A stretch of 63,584 nucleotides of DNA, the filler included, from Reticulomyxa filosa (Eukaryota > Protista > Foraminifera), in the NCBI GenBank assembly GCA_000512085.1. It is 16 parts of 16 records of this genome, joined end to end, with 100 filler letters (N's around TTAATTAATTAA, not from the genome) between each part and the next. Parts side by side here need not be neighbours in the genome. Positions count along the whole stretch, not along the records: positions 56,277 to 58,067 come from ASPP01022863.1; positions 58,168 to 63,584 come from ASPP01016505.1; 14 more parts are not named here. One strand, 5' to 3'. Under the pieces are notes generated by a model. It saw nothing but the letters and a program-made list of their open reading frames with translations. It made no database searches and was not told the origin of the DNA. The translations under genes and the position numbers were made by a program. Positions 56,839-63,584 of this stretch are shown here, piece after piece. Positions within the stretch are counted from its first letter, which is position 1. Each line of letters starts with the position of its first letter.

Positions 56839-58021
56839 ATGAAGAAAAAAACTCCCAATGTCGCAGAACAACCACAACCAAATAGTCCTTTTCTTTGCTT
56901 GGACATAAAATCCTCTTTTATTGAAAAAATATTAAGTATTTTTGTTTTTATTTTGCAGACGAACATGTTATATCGGAAGAAGAAACAGTTGTAGTTAATG
57001 AACCAAAAGTGTTAACACCAGTGGAACACAGCATAATACTGCTGGAGAAGAACTGTAAATGCAAAAGAAAGCAAAAACGCAGGAAATAGCATTTTGCCTT
57101 TTTTTTGAATTGATATAAATAAATAAAAATGCTTTTTGTTGTAATTTTGTAATTTTGTAATTTTGTTTTTTGTGAGTTTTGTGAGACTATTTTGCAGCTC
57201 AACGACTAAAAAAATCTATCATTCAGTCTGATTTTGTTCTATTGACGCTGGCGACCAATTCTGGCACTAACGAAGACGAAATCTTTGACCATAAAAAAAA
57301 TAATCAATGGCTTTAAAACAGTGCTGAAGGCAAAGTTGACGCTAATGCTTTTTCCAATAAATTTCAAAGAACATTTAGCGAATTACACTAAAGTTTTGCT
57401 TATCTTTCATACCCTTGACTTGGCTAAAAAAAAAAAAAATGGCCAAATAAGACGACTCCTTCTTTGAAAAATAATCGGATAATACACATTATATGTACAT
57501 ATACATGTATATAAAAGGATCGAAGAACAGTATTGTGTAAAGAAGCCTGTAAGCAATTGATTGCGATAATAAAATATCGACAAAAAGAGTTTTATTTGTT
57601 TGTTGGCTATTTCATTGAACTATATCTTGAAATAATCATCCGGTTGAATATCCAAGTGACGTCTCAAAGCAGTGACGAATGTGTTACAATAATCTTGACA
57701 AGTATTCCCGAAAGCGCATATACATACTTAATTTTGCGATCATTGGTGAGCGCGGCAAATGACAGCAACTTCAAATATATAAAGTCGAAAGAACACATAA
57801 TGAAATATGTTCGCCACCTTATGCTCCAATCACATAATGCGACACTGCTGAAGGATAATATCTACACCGATGAGCTTTGCGCCATTATTGCCATTGGCTG
57901 TGAAGACGCCGATGCCACTGTCCGAAGTCAGTCCTTTAATGTGTTGAAGACGCTGAAGTTGAACGTTGACGCCAATCAAAACAGCCCCAATGAAAATGGA
58001 GACGCCAAGTCGACTAATTAA
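56839..58021 (+). CDS. CLASP N-terminal (TOG/HEAT) domain protein, multi-exon
   Basis: FKTVLK|DRRTVLCKEAC parallels the CLASP motif KDLRSQVVREAC; GCEDADATVRSQS parallels GIHDADAEAR. +1 shift in an A8 run at ~57295. Confidence 0.6.
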
Positions 58022-58167
58022 AAGAAAAATTAGTACCACTTTTTTTTTTTTCATTTATTTATCTTTTNNNNNNNNNNNNNNNNNNNNNNNNNNNNNNNNN
58101 NNNNNNNNNNNTTAATTAATTAANNNNNNNNNNNNNNNNNNNNNNNNNNNNNNNNNNNNNNNNNNNN

Positions 58168-58680
58168 TTTTTTTTTTTTTTTTGGTGAATAAACCTGTCG
58201 AAAATTCCATTGCTTCGTTGCCTCGTCGTGAATGCGAGCTGCTTTTTCTTCTTTCGATTCGTTGAGGTAACGTATGTTCGGTAGCTGTGACACTCTGTTG
58301 TCCGTCGCCGACTTGTACGAGGAATGCAGGTGGATCGAACGCTGCGAGTCGTTGTTCATACGCAATGTGTCTCCTCTGTCCTCCGATTCAATGTTCACAG
58401 AAGCTGATTTTGTTATTGATAACGTCTTTGTGTGCAACTGGTCCAAATCTACGTCGTCCTTGATTTTCAACTCTTCCAGGTTTTCTTCTATCTCTATTAC
58501 CGCTTGACTTGCCAAACTAGATATTGGAATGTGTGTCGCTACAATCTCTGCCGCATTGTTACCACCACTTTCTACTGCCACGTTTTGAGTGCCTTGGGCG
58601 TCCGATTTTTGATCTGCATTTTGACCTGCGTTTTGATCTACGTTTTGATCTGAGGTTAGTTGGACATCAGGGGTGGCCAT
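58168..58680 (-). CDS. Hypothetical protein, first exon
   Basis: ATG-initiated 160-codon frame with coding-like composition, ending at a probable donor (CAG|GTTTAT) near the contig end. Confidence 0.5.
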
Positions 58681-59995
58681 TCTTGCGCACTCAAATCTCT
58701 CTTTTTAGAAGGTGGTATGGATGAACTGAATGCTTGCTTCGTTCTTTTTTAAAAAGACTTGCGGAGTGGTCCAACTAAAGCGGTCCAATTTTAAAAGTTG
58801 TCTGCTCGAATTCCAGTATAAGATTAAAAAAAAAAAAGAAAAAATATTGATTCGTTGTCACTGTTTTTACACACGTTTTCTTAAAAATTTTCAAGTATGA
58901 ATTACTTTAAAAAAGCTTTTTCATCGTAGCATTACACTTTTTTTGCACTAAAACTATTTTTATTTATTTTCGGTTTTCCGGCGGTCAAGGTTTTTTATAG
59001 ATATGCTTTGGTTACGTTGTGCCAATTAATTATTAAAATAAATGAAATAGCTAAATTTGAAACTTTTAATAATCCTTTTTTTACAACCGATTTTGTATAT
59101 TATGCCATATTTATTTACTTTCATTTTATTGAAATTTTCTGTAAAATTGTAATCTGTCGTATCTTAAGTTTCTAGAATGACTTTACTGTGTCAAAAGTAT
59201 CAACAAAACGAATTTATGCTTCCATTTTTTTAATTTTACGAAAATGTAAAACTTTGAAGAACAGCAAGAAAAGATATAACAAATTACTTATAATTGAAAA
59301 AAATTTAAGGAAAAAAAATGGAATTAAGATAGTAAATTGCTGTTATATCTTGTATGAAATGAATGATTTTTGAATTGACGACTATGATCATTGTAGTTGT
59401 GATGATTAACAAAATAATATAATATAATAATTCCATAAAATAACGATTAAAATATGATTTCACAAATTGCAAACAATGTATTTTCATGATAAAAATGTAT
59501 GAAATAAAACAACGAAGCAACATTCAAGCTTGAAATAAATACAAACGAATATGAACTTGACTCTTGACATCGACGTACCATTTTATGTAAACTGTTCATT
59601 ATTTTTTTTTTTCTTTCAATTATATCTAAATTAACAAAACTTAAATCTAAAATTAATCATATAACAATATAATTTGAAAAATAAATTAAATTAAAACAAT
59701 TATTACTTTGTTTATCTATATTTCATTATGAATATTCATTTCCGCACTATTGTATAAAATACATCATTTTACATGACATATTTCATTTTGTTATTTAACT
59801 TGCTAAGATGGTTTTGCAAAAAATATATAATTTACTTTACAATCCCTTTATTTAGGGCTACAGTAGCTGTTGATACTTTTTTTAAATTTAGATTGTATTA
59901 ACTTAAATGCAACAGTGAATGAAAAGTTGAAGCAGCTGTGCTTATATACTTTTTCAAACAACTGTACATTGCATATTTGAAAAAAATTTCTATAT

Positions 59996-61529
59996 TTAAT
60001 CTGTGTTGGCTGTTACCCGCGCATTAATGATGATGCGATTAATATTTTCAAAAGTTGCTTTAACACTGTTCGGATCAAGTGCAGAAACGAGAAAAAAGTG
60101 GGGAAATTGTTTGTTGTCTTTATATCTCGCCACAAATAGATTTTTGATAAATGTTATCGCTTTTGCGGAACATTCTTCAAAGTGTGCTTTATCCATTTCT
60201 GTGTCTTCTTTCGGTTGATAATTGGGTCCATTCCATTGCTCTCCGATCCTTTTTATGCATAATATGTACATACTTATGTACTTTTTTTATGTGTATACGT
60301 AGCAAGATACAACACTTCAAATAAATGTTCCCCTTTTTTAAAAAAAATAAAAATACCATTTTGTTTCACGACTGAAGCAAATATTCAATGGAAACTTACG
60401 AAGCTCTTGATCAAATAATTCTTTTTTCGTCAGAATTACTATTTTTTCTGAAGCAAAACAAATTAAGTATGTTATATATACATGCAAAAGTGGTACATTT
60501 GTAAACAAACGTGCAAAAATGTTACTAAAATATTGTAATTGATTGAAAATCTTTTTTTTGTGTGTATATGTGTACATGCATGTTGTTTTTTTTTCATGCC
60601 AGCTGTTTGGAGATGCGGGAGATTGATATGATCCACGAACATCTCGATGGCCTCGTGCATGGCATTTTTGTCTTCATCCTCAAACAAAACACGATGGTAA
60701 TCGTCCAAAGCAATCACAAATACCACTGCGGACGCGTTGTCAAAAACAGACGGCCACTTTCTACGTTCATTCCTCTGCCCTCCTGTATCTACGACCGTAA
60801 ATATTGTTTCTTGATATTTATACGTAAAATATGTAAATCCTATGTTATACAACACATACACACGTGAGACGTATATAAAATTTTTAAAAATTTTTTCGTT
60901 CCCCTTTTGGAATTAATTTTTTTTTCAAAAAAAAAAAAAAAAAGGGGGAAGAAAAATCTAAACCTGTTGTACGTATTTGCATTTTGAGGACATCTTCTTC
61001 GATCAATTGATAGTTGAGATCCATAATATCGGTCACTCGATCAAAAAAAGAATCCGCATTTTCGACAAACGCAAACCGTGCTCGTTTTGCATATGTCGCT
61101 TGGATTGCAGGCAGTCTCCATAAATATGCAATTGACGTCCCTATAGACATCCACTCTTCTTGATCGAATTTCTCATCGTTTTGCTGCGTGGTTTTTCGCG
61201 CTGTCCGTTAGCACTGCTATGTGTTGCTCTATTTCTAGCGACTTTTCGATAACGCAATCGGCATTCTCTTGGCTGTTCTTCTCATACAATTCGTGTGATT
61301 TTTCTAGTAGCTTCAACATATACTCGACCAATATTCCTCGTAGTTTGTTCATCGTATACTTTTCTTCCTCTGAGGTCTTTGTAGGTACTCTTTCAACGTT
61401 CATCAAATTCTTGAAAATTGTGGATTTCCCGGCACCACCTCCTCCCAAGAGTAGTATTCTTAGCCCCTCCTCTTTTTTTTCTTCATTTTTCTGTCTATTT
61501 CGCGATCTATTTCTCAGACAGTTCCCCAT
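59996..61529 (-). CDS. Divergent G-protein alpha subunit, 4 exons
   Basis: MGNC start, LLLGGGGAGKST, DVLKMQIRTTG, DTGGQRNERRKW, ILTKKELF, VSALD. Exons 61529-60964, 60839-60600, 60447-60357, 60249-59996. +1 shift at ~61194. Confidence 0.88.
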
Positions 61530-61907
61530 TATTCAAAGTTTTTTTTTTGTAGTTAGATTGACAGTCGATAAAAAAAAATATCTTTACAAAAAAAAATCAA
61601 AAAATTTACAATATGGTGGAACAACCATCCTTTAAACAGGTTTCAGCAGCAACGTGAGCAAATTAAATGAAAGAAAAAAGTAATACGAAATTCTCAAACT
61701 TGCCCACTATGCAAAAGAAGTGCACAATTTTTTTTTTATATAGCCAGTGCCACTCTGTTCAATAAAGAAACAGTTGTGGCATGATGTTAATCTGTGCAAA
61801 TGAAATAGATATCAGTTCTGAATAGTTTTAAAAAGAAAAAAGTAGTAAAAACTGTACAAATTAACAAGCCAATGAACGATACACACACACACACACACAA
61901 ATAAATA

Positions 61908-62718
61908 TTATTCAGGTTCAAGACAACGTATAAAATCACCTACAGGGACGGACTTGTCCCAGCACACGCAGCAACAATGAACGGAGCAGCCACAGCAACG
62001 ACAAGCAGTGTGATATTTTTGTTCAATTTTCCAATATCGAAATATAATGTGAATGTACTCCAATTGCAAAAAACTTTCTAAAATACATTGGCCAAAAATG
62101 AATGGCAATTTCTTGTCAAAATGAGCGTCATCGGCTGGATCCAGTCCATTTCTGTTATAGATGAGATAGAACGATATAAACAAATTGAGAATAAAACCAA
62201 CCAAAGCGACCAAAGTTCCAAATGGATATAAGGAGTCGACACAAAATCGTCGTTTATTGAGCCACTCTGCGAAATAACAGGCCAAAATGCAGTCACACGC
62301 ATACGCACAAAAGTGATTTAGAGCCACTACGATGTAGCTGCCATTGACAAAAAAGTAATAAATGTAGTCGACAAGCACAAGTGCCAAAAATACGTAAAAT
62401 GGAAATTTCAAATGTCTCCATCGAAAAATGGATTTTATAAATATCATTTGCGACAGCAACACAAGTAGAGCAGCGTGTACACCAAAACACGCCCACAGTA
62501 ACCATTCTTTATTGCAACGCTTTATTTCAAAGTTCGAACAGCTCATCGACTTGCGGCTTGTCTCTACGGACATTGCCACGATATTCGTTGATACACGAAC
62601 GGCCACCCCTATCAACGCGCTCCATACAAGACATTTCTCATCTTTTTGATTTACATCCATATCTGTTGCACTCTGTGCAGAACTGCGAGACACTCCTAAA
62701 CAAAGATAAACAAAACAA

Positions 62719-62790
<72 letters not shown>

Positions 62791-63543
62791 TATACGTATA
62801 TTTTTTATTATTATATGTATACGTAGGAATAGATACTCCCTCTTTCTCTCTCACTCCACTTTCAGAGCTGGTATGAATTTGTTGCTCCATGATCTCAGCC
62901 ACTACCACACGTATAAGAAAGATGATAAATGCAGTTTCGAAAAGCATAATGGGCCATCCCCACTGGACAGAGTCGGAGGAGCGGTCACTGGAAGTGAAAA
63001 GACGGTAGCTATCGCGCAATGTCGAAAAGAGTATATCGATAGTGGCAAAAGACCACATGATGGCAATACTGATGTGCAAAAACAAAAATTTATTGCAGCG
63101 ATACTCATTGGTTCGAAGATGGCGAATGAGTTCTGGAGGGGTCCTCGTGTACAACAATGCGCAAAAATGATTGAAAAAGTCGCACAAAATCACCAAAAAA
63201 AACAAAGCGCTTTTGGTGATACTAATATACACCACACTGGAAATTAGCAATAGTATCCAACAACAAGCCACAAACAACAGTTTATTAAAGCTTGAAAAAC
63301 GCTTCAGATACACCTTTCGAGTATCTGGTTGAAGATGAAGCAAATACAATGCTGCAACTGTCATTGTCAGAGACCAAGCTATTTCTGTATAATATACCCA
63401 TAACATATTGCAATCTTCATTCAATGCAAATGTCGTACACTCTTTTTTTTTCATAAATTTTCTCGCTATCCCAAATCCTAATTGCCCCACCACAAATAGT
63501 TCCACTGGCGCCAATATATGCCATCTTTCTTTGCCATTGATTG
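61908..63543 (-). CDS. Polytopic membrane protein with two homologous 6-TM halves and a Cys-rich tail (5' end missing)
   Basis: Two hydrophobic ORFs separated by an (ATT)n-containing intron. Both halves share a C-x(7,8)-CN..LW loop, NHFCA, and a Glu in the last helix. Confidence 0.65.
62722..62790 (+). repeat. (AAT)n microsatellite within intron
   Basis: About 23 perfect AAT units. Confidence 0.9.
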
Positions 63544-63547
63544 CTTT

Positions 63548-63584
<37 letters not shown>

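Overview
AT-rich, intron-containing eukaryotic DNA. It is 16 short contigs joined by 15 artificial 100-nt spacers (N44-TTAATTAATTAA-N44), so adjacency across spacers has no biological meaning. Gene content and style suggest a foraminiferan such as Reticulomyxa filosa (inference): intronless AT-rich Kelch-caspase and NACHT genes, many decayed gene copies, several G-alpha paralogs, and homopolymer/microsatellite-rich introns. Recognisable genes: Kelch-caspase fusion, FKBP15-like, ataxin-3-like Josephin-UIM-UBX, FYVE protein, nocturnin-like EEP, selenocysteine thioredoxin reductase (C-terminal A-C-U-G), Upf1/IGHMBP2-like SF1 helicase, DOMON membrane protein, PDZ-MIT-AAA spastin-like ATPase, NACHT NTPase, GAF-PDE, class II HDAC, MLLE protein, SLC26/STAS transporter, two G-alpha subunits (one strongly degenerate), ODF3/SHIPPO-repeat protein, dynamitin last exon, CLASP-like TOG protein, and an internally duplicated 6+6 TM protein. 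Pseudogenes include CCT7, V-ATPase subunit a, a Gly-rich family member and three decayed copies of one unknown gene. Most notable: the Kelch-caspase/NACHT immune-like components; self-complementary introns with poly(A) in place of a polypyrimidine tract; the degenerate G-alpha next to a 12-TM protein; the PDZ-bearing spastin; the Sec codon; and a 131-bp palindrome. Exon structures were inferred by eye and all family assignments come from motif recognition, not database searches.
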